Source of the DNA: the human T2T-CHM13v2.0 reference genome, Homo sapiens
DNA: 64,000 bases
Reading direction: 5' to 3' (one strand)
Assembly: GCF_009914755.1 (NCBI RefSeq)
Contig: NC_060926.1
Shown one piece after another: positions 30,153-44,684 of this stretch. Position 1 is the stretch's first letter. Each line of letters opens with the position of its first letter. The translations under genes and the position numbers were made by a program. A model generated the notes under the pieces. It saw only the letters and a program-made list of their open reading frames with translations, had not been told where the DNA came from and searched no databases.

Positions 30153-31826
30153 TGAGTCAGTGTAAAGACAGCCAGTTCAAATGATTCTGCTTACATCCCC
30201 TAGTTGGCCTGTTCATAAAAGTAGAATTTCTATCTATATAACTCTAAATATTAGACAACATAAAAAGTATTATTAATTTTTTTACATGTATCAAAGCAAA
30301 AAAGTATCTTAGCCCATGTGCATTTATTTTCTTTTGTTCAGTTTACCTACTTTTCTGGGTGGGGGGCAGAGGGTGGTAATAAATATTTTCTTCCTTTTAG
30401 GAAAAATTTTATTTGTTTATATTTTATATTTGGGGTTCAATGTAATTGGAATTGGATATATAGCTCATCCTTTACACCTAAGCCCCTATATTTTAAATCA
30501 TGTCTACTTTCTTTTAAATGAGAAGTATCTGATTTTTGAAATATGTATGTGTTTGGGGGGATCATTTAAATGTAACTTATTTAATACTTTTCATGTAAGA
30601 AGGAAAAGTTTCTGTGAAAAATTTAATATTTAAATTTTAGATCTTAAATCTTCTCATCTTTAGTTTCTCTGCTCTTTCAGAGGCTCTTAAAATACTCTTT
30701 TGAGATAAAAAATAAATTGGTAGTTATATTTGGTGCTATGTAAGTAAAAATGTACTTATTTTCCAGTCTCTTCAGTTTGGAAAGGATACGTGGTAATGAT
30801 GGTGTCAATCAAGGTATCTTTGAGAATATCCATCATTTACCCATAAGATCAAACTTTTTAAGGCCCTCTAACAGAATATGGAGTTGTCCTGGGGGGTCCA
30901 ACCTGGTATCCAGGCCCTTTGTCACACCTGATCTCAGGATTTAGTGAAATCTATTGTTTCTCCTAAGTGGAAAACAGTTCTAAGACATTTGAAATTTACT
31001 GGGCTAGGTTCCATAATTCCTGGTAGTTGCCTAGGTTTCTGACCCTTACTTAAGGCAAGTTTAGAAACCAGTGAATTCAGAAAGATAAACTCAGAAATTT
31101 GATAAACAGAAAATTTGTTCATTTTAAAATTAGCCAGAAAGGTTACAACTTCTAAGTGAATTACAAAGTACTCATCACTTTCCTTTAAGAATCGTAGGTT
31201 CAGAACACAGAATTCTAAAATATCTCTCAAACTGTGTAGATTAACTTATTTACATATTTATATGTGAATCTTCAGCAAAGTAGTGCAAATAACCAGTGTG
31301 ATTTAGGGTCCCATTATTTTTCCTCCATATATGATCATTGTACATATTTGGGGGTGGACAATAACAAACTGAGCTATAAGTTTAGAATTGAACTGAAGGA
31401 TAATTTCTCACACCAAATTTGTGTGCCAGTTACTAACAATACATTGTTCTTACAAACTTTAAAAATGAAAGCCACACAAATAAATACCTTACATATGTAT
31501 ACATATTTATGTAGAAGATGAATGGTTGAACAGAACTTTAGCCAAAGAGTGGTCCTCAACTACAGGAAAGCTTTATTAATTTGAAATTTATAATATTTCT
31601 AGTAGAAGTAAGTAAATTTATCCTGAGGAGAGTGGGTAGTATAAATGAGATTATAAACCATGTATACCCTGACTATATGTAGCAGTGATTATGCCATTTA
31701 CAAAACATTTAAATATGGGTGCAAATGTAGTGTCATTACACATGCCTATGGATTACTAAAGTACTCTTGTCTAAATTTTTAGGTTTAATATACATATACT
31801 ATTTATTGATTTACACATAAGCAGTT

Positions 31827-32184
31827 TGATATGGTTTGGCTGTGTCCCCATCCAAATCTCATCTTGAATTGTAATTCCCATAATCCCCACATGTTGTGAG
31901 AGAGGCCTGGTGGGAGGTAATTGAATCATGGAGGCAGTTTCCCCATGAGGTTCTCGTGATAGTGAGAGTTCTCACGAGATCTGATTTTATAAGCGTCTGG
32001 CATTTTCCCTACTGCCACTCATTCTCTCTCCTGACGCCCTGAGAAGAGGTGCCTTCTACCATGATTGTAAGTCTCCCAAGGACTCCCCAGCCATGTGGAA
32101 CTGTGAGTCAACTAAACCTCTTTTCTTCATAAATTACCCAGTCTCAGGAAGTTATTTACAGCAGTGTAAGAACAGACTTATACA
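31827..32184 (+). mobile_element. THE1D-like MaLR solo LTR
   Basis: tgatatggtttggctgtgtcccc...acagacttataca; TSD cagtt/tagtt. Confidence 0.92.
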
Positions 32185-32399
32185 TAGTTTTATAAAGTGA
32201 TTAAGAAATAAATGAAAGGGAAACTATTAATGATTATGTAAGGATAACAAGCATTAATGGGCCACCCTACTTTTGACTCTAACTTTTTGACATACTTATT
32301 CACAGTGGTACACCCCCAGTTCTTATAATCTGGAAAAGCTCTACTTATAAAATATAAACACTCCAGTCTTTTACTACAGCTTTCTACACTCCCAGTTCT

Positions 32400-33700
32400 G
32401 TTTTATCTCAACCTGCCTTTCTTCTGACCAAGACCTCCCCCTTCTGTTCATTATATGTTTTCTTTATCTAAATCATAATCTACTCTCACCCCACATCCTT
32501 CTTAATCTTGAATACATTTCAATTTAGCCACTCTCTTACATGTTTTTTCACTTGTTCTATTATCATTCTCAAGAATCCATCTCACAGAACGTTAATTCTG
32601 GATCAAGTTCATTGTCATCCTTCCCTAATCAAGTGAGGTGCATTGTTTAGAGAAAAAATAGAGCCTCAAAAAGTACTGTTTTTTCATATGTATATTCTCT
32701 AGCATCAAATTGGCACTCAAGACCGACAATCCTGTTTCCTCAGTACTCCATTTCTCACTGTGAGTACAGTGGCTATTTTGAGTCTTGGCCATCTTCCTCA
32801 AGCCTTCTACTCATCAACTCTGTAGCCGATTTGGAACTGATCATCCAGCTTCTTATTTCTGAAAAAATATATGCTATTAAAATATGATATTTGTCAGCAC
32901 TAAACACCCAAAGGTAAATGTGCCTGTTCTGTCTCTTACATTCACCACAGTGTAAGACAGTCCTACTTCCTTCAAAAGATTAATTCATTTTCCAGAGTTC
33001 TAGAGTTTATAGCCTTCCATCTCCCAAGGGACCTTGCTACATTAATTTTTTTCCTTTTTCTGCAATGTCTTCAAAGAAAAAACCACTAGCTAACATTGGT
33101 TAAGGGTATATTGACACACATTCACAGATGAAGAAACTGAGATTTGTCTTAGAAATGTCCCCAACTGAGAAATGCCCGAAGTCCTGCTCTGCTTGAAAAT
33201 GCAAGAGCTAGAATAAAGATTAAAATGAGTTATCCATAGATAGAGAAAAGATTTGCTATCACATATTGATTGAATCACATAATCATTTAAACAGCTTCAG
33301 GTATTTCTCCTCCTAAATAAAATACCACAAAATGATCTGGGAATAATTGTCTCTGTCTTTCACATGTCCCAACAATCTAGCTTTACCCTGCTCTGTTTCC
33401 CTGACACCTTGATTGTGTTCTGCTTCTCTGTGAGCTCCTTGTTGTCAATAACACTTCTTCTTGATGTTTTTAATCACTCATTGTTATAAAAATGCTCTTT
33501 CACTGAGTTCCGTGGCCCCACGTACTTTGTCTTTCCTTCTACCTCTTTGGCTGCTCCTTCTTGGTTTCCTTCATGATGTTCTCCTATTTCCTTAAATGGT
33601 TCTTAATTATTGATTCTCAATAGGATTTGGTCCTTGATCACTTCATCTATTGTGATGACCTTGATATGACCTATTTGCTGATACTTCCCAGAAATGCTGA
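32400..33700 (+). mobile_element. L2 fragments (degenerate)
   Basis: Pyrimidine-rich L2 ORF2-like text (tctacctctttggctgctccttcttggtttcctt; ctatttgctgatacttccca). Confidence 0.55.
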
Positions 33701-34819
33701 GGAAGATTTGTTCAAGCTTTCATTCACCACCCTCACCTCTCACTCTCACCTGCACACATAGCTATTCTTTTCTTAACAGCCCATAGGTACGGTGTGCTGC
33801 AAACTTTTGAGTTAGTAAGTGGCCCTGTAACTGAGGAAGAATGTTGGTTGCCACAGTCCTAACTGTAAAATGTGTAAGCCCGTTGGATCCTCAATGTGCT
33901 GGTCTTTCCCATCCCCACTTGTGATGCAGACTGATAAACAGATTTTCACGCTGGTCCATTTTACCTTTTCATCATCTCCCTCATTGTTACTGGTCTAAAG
34001 TTGAAACTATTGTTTTCTGCAGATGTTTTCTGCATTTGATGTTGTAGATGTCCAGATACTAGCTTGAGCGATCTGAAAATTTCTGCCAATTTGTGAGTTA
34101 AATGGAAGAATGGACAGTTCTCAATTTTATAGAATCTATGAAACAAGAGTTGTAAATAGCAATCTTAGAAATTTCCTGATTGAAGGCTGAGGTCTGTGGA
34201 TCCTCCAACTGGCAGAGCTGGGAACTCTAATCTCTTGCTTGCATTCCTGGCTTTTCTCCAATTTGAATTTGTAAAAATCAAGGGCTCTGCAACAAAGGTA
34301 CTCTCTGTGGTAAGTCAGCAATGAATAGTGTTAAATCACAGAGTTACCTTAGTTTACCTAGTGAGCACACCTGGTTTCAAAACCAGCATGCATGTCCCTC
34401 TCCTTTTAGTGGCTAGCAGAAAACCAGTATGTACTGTAGTGAACAAGTGTTGGATATATCATAAGCACAATTTGCTGCCATGTTCTTGGATTGGTCTTGA
34501 GGTAAGGCAATTTATTCATTGAAGGAAGAAAAGGTCTAGGTTAGAGTGCACGTCTGTTTAATTTGATGTTGATTTTCATTTTCTGCCCACCCATTGTCCT
34601 TTCATTTCCCTATTGTACTATTTTAGTTACTATAGACTTAAGATAGAATAAGGAAGAAATGGCGTATTTAGTGAAAGTGGAAGAGGAAAGTACAGATAAA
34701 AACTAAAATAAATGTAATGTCCCAGAGATTTTCACGTAGACCTCTGTATAGTATCTATATTACTGCACAGATCAGTAGTTACTTTGCAGTGAGGACCTAC
34801 TTTTTGTCATTGGCTTTTG

Positions 34820-35387
<568 letters not shown>

Positions 35388-36094
35388 GACACTGATGGGG
35401 ATGCAATAAACTACTTTGGAAATAAATTTTAATATGGCAACATTCATCAAAATTTCCCCCAAATATATACACATTTTTATCCAAGAATTCTTTGTCTTAA
35501 GAATATTTATCTATAAGGATGTTTATATTTTACTGTTTATAATACAAAAAATCCAATAAATACCAACTTAATAACTACGTACTATTTAATTATCATATAC
35601 CCATATTGTTTAATACAATTCAGTCCTGCCTGAAAATCAGAATAAAAAAGAATACTAAATCATTCAATAATGTAATTTTATGTGCAAAAAGAAGCATATA
35701 GAACTGTTATGCACATAATCAAAATGATGATATCTTAGGTATTTTGGTTTTATTTTATCCTAGCTTTTTAAAATTTTTCTTCAGTAAAAGCATTTCGTTT
35801 TTATAACCAGAAAAATTAAGTTGTTTTTAAAGGAAGACTCATTAGTAGTTAAAATCAGAAACACCTAATAGAATAGAATAGGACTGGATGTAAATGTCTA
35901 TGTTTAGGTGTAAGTACGTGAGGAGATGAAAAAATTTAATAACTATGCATGATCTTAGTAAGTCAAGGTCATATTTATCTTAACCTTAATGTCAACTTGA
36001 TCTTAATAAGTCAAATTTTAGACAACAGTAGGCAATGTCTCCTGACAAGATAAATGCAGTCTGTGAATTATTTTAATATTTCTATTAAGAAAAC

Positions 36095-36185
36095 AGAAAG
36101 TACTAGTCCTCTGTACTCTGACTTGGTCTGGCCATATTTGGAGGATAGTGTTTCATTCTGAGACCACGTGTTAAAGAAGATCAAC
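36095..36185 (+). mobile_element. L3/CR1 fragment
   Basis: Translates to LYSDLVWPYLEDSVSF, similar to the CR1 ORF2 motif LYSALVRPHLEYCVQFW. Confidence 0.65.
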
Positions 36186-36997
36186 GATTTATAAGTGAAT
36201 GTGACCAAAATTACATATGACTGCCATGTGGAAAACAGAATTACAAAGTTCTCTAGGGCAGGGGAGCTGGTGCAGGTATTTGTATTGTTTAAATACAAAG
36301 TCATATTTCTCAAGATTAGAACTATACAAAAACGGAACCAGTTTTCTATCATTATCTTTTTCCAGAACGCTAACAGAACAGCATCTGCACGTCCCCCTCG
36401 ACATGAGTCCTGATCCACAAATAAAGCATATTAACTCCACCCACCATCCCTCCAAATCTGCAGACTCCTGAGGTCTGTATGGCAAAATCATCTGGGTGTT
36501 TTCAAGATTTAGACACTTTCTTTATTATAAGGATTCTTTTCCCATTAATAAAACCTGGAAAAATATCAAAGAAAAAGGGATGAGTATGAATCAGAGAACA
36601 TAATTACTTTTGTAATGTGGCATGTTATAAGACTATTCAAGCAGATGTACATGGAAACAGTTTGCCAAATTATTATACAATAATATTATAAAATATTTTT
36701 CTCAATGAAAAAAGTTATGGCTATTAACCTAAGAAAATCCTTTTGGAGTGTATGTGTTCAAACCTGTCTTCAGAAGCTACTTAACATGTGGATAATTACT
36801 TATGGGTCTATTTAATGTCTGGCTTTGAATTGCTTTTTCTGTAATTCACAAAAAAGTACAAGTATGCCAGATGGCAATGCATAAGATAAGAATAATTTAA
36901 TGCTTTCGTCTAACAAAGTACTGTAACTTGGCTTTGAGAAAAAAATTATTTTTTAAGAATAAGTCAGTCTTCACATCTAAATGTATATACGTATGTA

Positions 36998-37028
<31 letters not shown>

Positions 37029-39639
37029 ATGTATGTACAAATCTATATAGAAATTTTTACATCTGCATTTTGTTTAGTTACTCAGTATATTTTGCATATT
37101 CATCGATGCAACTTAATGGGCAAATACTTTACAGTGAATTTTGTTTATAACATGTGTGTTTATTTTCTAGATACACATTACCAAATAGTGGTGAGAAGAT
37201 GAGTCTGATAAAAAAAATCTGTCTTAGACCCATATTTGACAAATGCAACATGGCAATTAATCAAAACAAAGATATTACTATGCATTAGGGAAAACATATT
37301 CAAACTTTTTCATAGAAACTTTGTGGACTGCAGAGGCTTGAAGCATATTTACTAATAAAATGAACCTGAGATTACACAACATAGACATGTTAAGTAATTA
37401 TGTCTGCACCACAAAACATATAATTTTGCTTATTCTTGGTCAGTAATAAACTTAATATATTTTTAATATAATAAAAGAATATCATCATTGGGCAAAAATA
37501 CGAATTCTGATGATCTGTTCTTTGTTATATATGGCTGCAGAGTTTAGCCAACATTTTATATTTAGCTGTAGTATAAAGATATCTATTTAACTTTTAGCTA
37601 CAAGCAGGGAAAAGTCCTCAAAGTATTTATACTTCCAATGCATTGCTATATTCTACCTTCTAGTTTCTAATTTCACAATAATCAAAATAATCTCATAAAG
37701 CTATCTTCTCTTTAGTGTTTCTCAACAAAACCTCAATCTTTTCTGTGCAAAATCAGTGATCTCAGCTAAAATTACAAAAAAACAAATTTCTCTTCCTTAC
37801 ATTTCATGTCAAGCAAATTAACCTATCCTCTCCTATTCTCCTCTCCTTTCATTTATCATAGCTCCTTGCTGCCAATTGGTGAGTATCTGCCATTTCAATG
37901 CATTTCATATCATTTTTGCTTTCCTCTGGGTCTTCCTTATATTCAGATTCAAGTATATATATTGAATATATATTTGAATATGTATTATACATATTTTAAA
38001 TTACTAAAAACGTATTGAAGGTTTGTATACTGTAGCTAAATTCAAAGACATCAGTTATTTTCAGAGATTCTCTGTCTTCCATAGGACAGACTTTGCTACT
38101 TTGCCTGAAGCTGGGCTGCCTTTCTCTAAAGTTCCCTACTTTAAGGTCTTTTCCATTGAATTTCAAACAACTCTACTTTATCTTTCTTTTTAATTCTAGC
38201 TCACAGAGCTAACCTTCCTTGGATCTTCAGTCAGCATCCAGTGGCTGATAGACAAGTAAATTGCCCAATATTTGAGTCAAAGTTGGGTAAAGAATCAAAA
38301 TAATCTTTAAGAATTGTTTCAGTGTACTGAATTAGTCACTGTTAACAACTGGGTATTAAACTGGGTTTAATCTATTCAAGTGAACCAAAGACAATAAAGA
38401 CGACATCCCACATACTTAGAAGGCTCAGAGATCGTGTCTCTCTTGCAAAATGTAGGCATAGCAAAATGTAGGCCTACCTAGTTACTTTTGTATTCCTAGG
38501 ATTCTAGAATCACAGTAGAAAAAATAGGTGTAGTGATGCCTACTTGGCATTTGAAGTCACAATGCCAATCTGTCACCATTCAGTAAGCAATATATAAATC
38601 CTGCCTGCAGCTGCAAAAGGGCTCCTGTCTTCAGTACCCACTTCATTTATTTGAAAACAAAGCAAAGAACCTCGCTCAACAGCTTTTACAGGTATGGTGA
38701 CTGCTGTTTTTGCAATTGATTAGGCTCCATTTGTTTATATAATATTAAGGAGTATTGCAGGCACCAATCTTTCAAGTTGCCAACTCCAAAACACATTGTT
38801 TTCAGTTTCTTTAATGTAATTAATCTGTAGACTTCTGTGCTAGGTTAACTGAATCGATTTTTTTCCTGCCCCCTCCCTCTTTTGTCACTTGACAGCTTGA
38901 AACTGGGTCTGGAAAAGCTCATTTGCATTCCTGCAGCAAGGCCCGGAGAATAAACCGAGCAAACGTGTCTATTTGTGTACTTCAATATATGACTGTGCTT
39001 GCTTCAATCAAGACTTATTTTCAGTATCATGGCCAACAAAAGCATTAAACGAGTTTTCTCTAACATGAATGATAAGCTGTAGAATGCATTTCTTTAAAGT
39101 AATTTTTTTCTGTGACGCTTATGGAATGCAGTGAAAAATAGAAGCAAGAGTGCAAATCTCACTAGAAATTCACAATGCTGCCTTGCCATTTGAACTCTTT
39201 CTCCTTGTTTCCTGACATGTTAAGTGCCTTCATTATAGTTTAGGTTGTACCTGATTATAAGTTTAAAAGGTTACAGTTATATCTCAAAAGTAATTATTTT
39301 TAAAAATCAGTATTTCACATTGAACTTCAAAGATTGCATTCTCAACCCAAGATTGTCATTTTATATACTGATATATTTTGGGAATTGATGCTGGTCTTGA
39401 CTTCTTAGAATGAAAAATACCTAAAGCATATTTTTTTCAGGCATTAGTATTGTTTCAACATAATCCCTTCTGAATACTTTTTCTAATTCTTCCCCTATGA
39501 AAATACTTGGTACATTTTCATTTAAATTTTTTTTTAACTGTCTCCCATCCTGGGGTCAAACATTTAACTGAATCCAATTTTTTTTTTTTACTATAACTTA
39601 TGTGGCTTCAACTATAAAGTCAACATCTGTGTGTGTCCA

Positions 39640-39643
<4 letters not shown>

Positions 39644-39702
<59 letters not shown>

Positions 39703-39727
39703 GAGAGAGAGAGAAAGAGAGAGAGAG
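39644..39727. repeat. (CT)n(GT)n(GA)n compound microsatellite
   Basis: Directly visible. Confidence 0.95.
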
Positions 39728-40598
39728 TCTTTGCGTTTCTGGAAAAGTATGAGTGAAAGAAGAAAATTCACTTTCTCTGTGTTTCATGTAACACCATCTT
39801 ATAATGTTAATGACAGAGATGATGTTCTCAGTTATTTCAGCCAACACATTCTTCTTTTCATAACCTAATCTCCTTCATTTGAAAGAGAAATGTATTTTTA
39901 GCCAACTCTTTGGGACCAAGTCATTGATTTATGAATATAAGGTGAAGGACTTCATGAATTTTTTCCTGACCTCCATCTGTCATTTCCTTAGTCATATCTA
40001 TTTTAAGAAATATAAAACAAATTGTCTTAATGGGGCACATTATCACCTTGATATATCATACAGGAAGGACTCCCTCTGCTTCTTATCACATCCTTACAGA
40101 AAATAAGCTTTACACTGCCCTAAGCTGATTTTCTGTATATTCTTTATTATTTTATATTGATGATGACATACATTACTCAAATGCTGATTCACTCTCAGTA
40201 TTCTTGCAAAAGATTGGAGTAATTCTGTTCAAGTCTTCTGCAGATAAGAACAGACAACAAGAAGCATCTGAGAATTTCTGAGAAATTAATCCTCCAAAGC
40301 TGTCCAATGTCTAATTCCACTCACTGCTGTTTCTTTAGTATGTTTGAGTTCATATTCTCCTAAAACTATCAGTTATGTCTTTGAGAGACATCACAACTGT
40401 TAGGCCTCAAGCCTCATCCAAAATAAGCATAAAAATAATCATTTTGCTTTTTAAGGACCTACAACCAGATAGGAAACAAAATATAAAACTTTTCATGTGT
40501 ATTTTGAAGAAGTTCCATGTAGTCTCATTTTATAGGTGTTTGTAACTACATATAGAAATTATATTTGTCTCTATAGGCTAACACATTATCTCTCTTCA

Positions 40599-40602
<4 letters not shown>

Positions 40603-40635
<33 letters not shown>
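40603..40635. repeat. (CA)n microsatellite
   Basis: Directly visible. Confidence 0.95.
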
Positions 40636-40637
<2 letters not shown>

Positions 40638-41099
40638 TATGAACTACAAAGAAATTCTGGTTGGAGAAAAGTATGAGGACATTAGCAATGACAATCTACT
40701 ATCTTGGTTAGATACAGAGTGAAGATAAGCCAATACAATATTCTAAAAGAACAAATTAGAAGTTGACACAAGATTAGGGTCCATTTCAAGACAAGATATA
40801 ATGTGATTTATGCAAACAGATGTTAAGGTGATACATTTTCCTTGTAAGGTATTGCAAGATTTCTTGTGTGGACTTGGAAACCCCAATAATATACTTCAGA
40901 ATGGGAACTATCGCCTTAATTTGCATGTAGAGACTTGGAGCTCTCCATAGGGGTTGGTAATGTCAATTCTGTAGAAATAAATGACAGTTTCTTGATGGGA
41001 CTTGATTTAAGGGAGGCTTGCTAAAAATAAGATGGCAACTAGGGCTTTGTTAATAAAGTCAAGATGTACAAATAATGACTTTTCTTTGTTTTTGTTATA

Positions 41100-41500
41100 G
41101 CTGAGTATTTATTGTGTCTTATTTGCAGTCCTACATTTTAAGAATATTGACAACTGAAGTTTTGTTAGAGAAGGGTAATCTGGAGGGTGAAATATTTAAA
41201 TCCCAACTAGAAATGAGGAGGAGCTATTGGTAAGATAATGACTTAATGTGGGTACACAGGAAAGCCATTGTGACAGTTGTTCTACATCTGAAGCACTACC
41301 ATAAAGAAAACGAATATCCTCATGCAGTATAACTTTAAAGAGCAAAACTAGGTTGAATAGCATAAAGTTGCAATATGTTAAAGTTTGTCTCATTTTAAGA
41401 AAAAGTGTTGTAACAATTAATAATATCTAACCACACAACATGAGCCTTTTGAAGAACTGTTTTTCTTGTCACTGGGAAAATGCAAGTACAACTGTCAGCT
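41100..41500 (+). mobile_element. L3/CR1 3' fragment
   Basis: ctacattttaagaatattgacaactg...gagcaaaactagg...aagttgca...cttgtcactggg resembles the L3 3' region. Confidence 0.55.
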
Positions 41501-43828
41501 GTGGGGAGCAGTGCCCAAAGGAATCCTGCACTGGTAGAAGTAGGAAAGTGAGATTCTAGATCTATTTCTAGACCTGAGATGTTAAAATCCTAATAAATCA
41601 GACACCTTAGAAATTTGCAATTATCCCTTTGAAAAACTTTTATAGTTAGAAATATATGTGAACGGGCCAGACTCTTATTATTTTTAATATTAAAGAATAA
41701 AAAGGTGATTTTAAGGACATTCAAAAGTGGTAATGATCTTGAGTCACTCCATATTACGATAAAACTAGGCATAATTTTTAACTAAGTTTGGAGAGATATA
41801 AAGAAAGCTTATGTGAAAGTCACCATGTCAAGGGCTGAAGTTACAAAAATAACCGGGTTCTTCTCAAGGAGATATTTATCTAAAATGGAGACTGGACAAA
41901 AAGCATAGACAGATGAACCTGGAGGTAGAAAAGTTTAAGTTGCTCAAGCAGATACTCAAGATATTAGAGACAAGAATAAACTGGCTGAGGGAAGTATAAT
42001 ATTAGAATGGATATATTATGTAAAGCCAAAACACTCACCAGAAAATTGTGTTTCCAAAGAGGGCTAGAAGACACATCATTCACAAGGCCAAAAGGATGCT
42101 TTTGAGGAGCACCAGAATTACTAAAAAGTTAAGGTGTGGCTCTCTGCAGACACAAAGGTGATGGTCAGAGAAGTGATTACATAGCTATGTTCATTAACAT
42201 CTATGATGATTATGAAGCTCTGAAGTAATAGATGGTGTCCCTTGATCACCAGAACCCAGAAGGTTGCAATTCTCATGATGACTGGCAAGATCACATGAAC
42301 AGCTATGGAGATTTTTCATTGGGAGTTAGAAATATGGTTAATACAACATTGTGCTTCCAAGGGCAAAATAAATGGACACTCAACGGGGATGCTGCTTAAT
42401 ATATATAATACCTAACTGAAAAAAAAAAAGCAAGAAGGAGAAATAAGTGGTTGAGGATTGTTACCCCAGTGATTTTCAGATTTGGAACCCATTGGCTGAA
42501 AGGTAGCTAGCCCCATCCCTATGATGAAGGACTCCACAGTTCCATGACAAGTAATTGCTGTGTTGATTCCCTCAGACTTAATAAATATATAAACTGCTTA
42601 GTTAAAATTGCATTTCAAAAGAACATATAATTTATTTAGTATACCTATGTCCCCAAATTTGCATGGGACATACATATACTTAAAAGTTATTTATCTAAAA
42701 TACACATTTAAATGTATCCCATAAATAATCTTGTATCCCTACTACTTTGAGATGTAAAGTGTCATGAATCTTCAGTTAAAGTGAGAGCTTTACGATAACA
42801 ACTGAGGTTCTGCCTCAATTCTATCTCACAGTGGGCTCACTTGTCTACCTTCAGGCCCACCCAACAATCATTTTCCCAGACTCCAATGCTTAACTGAGAT
42901 TTAGAAACATGGTAGAGTGACTTATACATTGGGTCCCTGGTCTGTGGATTAATAACTGTCATAGAGGTAAGGGTCAAATGAAAAGCTATGAAAAAGCTCT
43001 TCTACACCTAAGATAGTGTAACAAAAGCAGTACTGTACTCACAGTTGATGTCATACTCAATGGTAAAAGATTAAAATATTTCCCCCTAATATGAGGAACA
43101 AGACAAGAATGTCTACTTTCATCACTGATATCCAACACTGTACCCCATTCTAGTAAAAAAAAATTAGACAAGAAATTTAAACAGATGCCTCTAAATTGGG
43201 GAGGAAGAAGTAAAATTTTTATGTGTATTCAGAGATGACATCATTCTATATAGAAAAAAAGAGTCCAAAGAATCCATAGAATTACTATTAGAGCTAGTCA
43301 ATAAATTCAGCAATGTTGCAAGATATAAGGTCAACACACACACACACACACAAAATCTCATTTGTGTTCTACACAATAGTAATAGACACTCTATAAAGGA
43401 AATTTAGAAAGTAATGTCATTTACTATATCATCCAAAAGAATAAAATGCCCACGAATATGCAAGGACGTGAAAGACTTGTACACTAAAAACACTTTTGAA
43501 AGAAGTTAAAGAATAACTAAATAAATCATAAGACATCTCATTTTCATAGATTGGATGACTTAATATTGTTAAGATAACATTACTCAAAGTATTCTACAGG
43601 ATCAATAAAATCCCTATCAAAATTCCAGCAGTCACTTTGCAGAAATAAAAAAGCCAAACATCAAACTCATGTGTAATTGTGAGAGCCCCTGAACAGCCAA
43701 ATAATCTTAAAAAAATAAAAACAAAGACAGAGGATTCACAGTAAATTCACCAAAACACTATGATACTAGCATAAGGATAGTCATATAGACCAATATAATA
43801 AGAAAGAATGTCCAGAAATAAGCCTATA

Positions 43829-44684
43829 TGTTATGAGTTTTGTTGTGTCCTTCCATAATAAAGAAAAATATGTTAAAGTACTAGTCCCCAATTCCTCAGA
43901 AGGTCATTTTTTTGGAAATAGGGTATATTAATCCATTCACTGCTATAAAAACATACCTGAGATGGGGTAATTTATAAAGAAAAGAGGTTTAATTTATTCA
44001 CAGTTAGGTGGAGATTAGGAGTCCTCAGGAAACTTACAATCATGACGGAAGGGGAAGAGGCACATCTTACATGGTGGCAGGCAAGAGAAAGAAGATTGTG
44101 GAGTGAAGAGGGAAGTGCCTCTTATAAAACCATCAGATCTTGTGAGAACTTACTATCGTAAGAACAGTATGGGGAAACCACCCCCATAATCCAATCACCT
44201 CCCACCAGATCTCTCCCTAGACACCTGGGGATCATGAGGATTATAGTTCAAGATGAGATTTCCATGGAGAAACAGCTAAATCATATCATAGTGTTACTGC
44301 AGATATAGTTAAGATGAGGTCATACTGGAGTAGTGTAGGACCCTAATCCAATACAACTATTATTCCTATAAGACAACCATATGAAAACACAGACACACAG
44401 AGAACCATGTGTGTCTGTAAACCATGTCTGAACACCAAGTAGTGATGAAGACAGAGATTGGAGTTATGCAGCTGCAACCAAGGAATGCCAATGATGGCCA
44501 GCAAACCACCAGAAGCTGGAGAAAGTCAATGTAGGATTCCTATATAGCTTTAGAGGAACTATGGCCCTGCCAACACCTTGATTTAAGATGTCTAGCTCCA
44601 GAACTATGAGACAGTAAATTTCTCATGTTATAAAGCCACCAAGTTCATGGTATTTTGTTACTGCAGTCCTTGAAAACTAACACA
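43829..44684 (+). mobile_element. MLT1B/C MaLR LTR within L1MB, itself interrupted by MST/THE1
   Basis: tgttatgagt...tttggaaataggg | gttaagatgaggtcatactggagtag...gaaaactaacaca. Confidence 0.85.
43924..44288 (-). mobile_element. MSTA/THE1D-type LTR
   Basis: tatattaatccattcactgctataaaaacatacctgaga...aaatcatatca; TSD taggg/tagtg. Confidence 0.88.

Noticed and set aside
34010-34320. Possible lncRNA exon (ttttctgcag acceptor, gtaagt donor)
   Set aside because: Splice-like motifs alone are too frequent to call an exon without transcript evidence.
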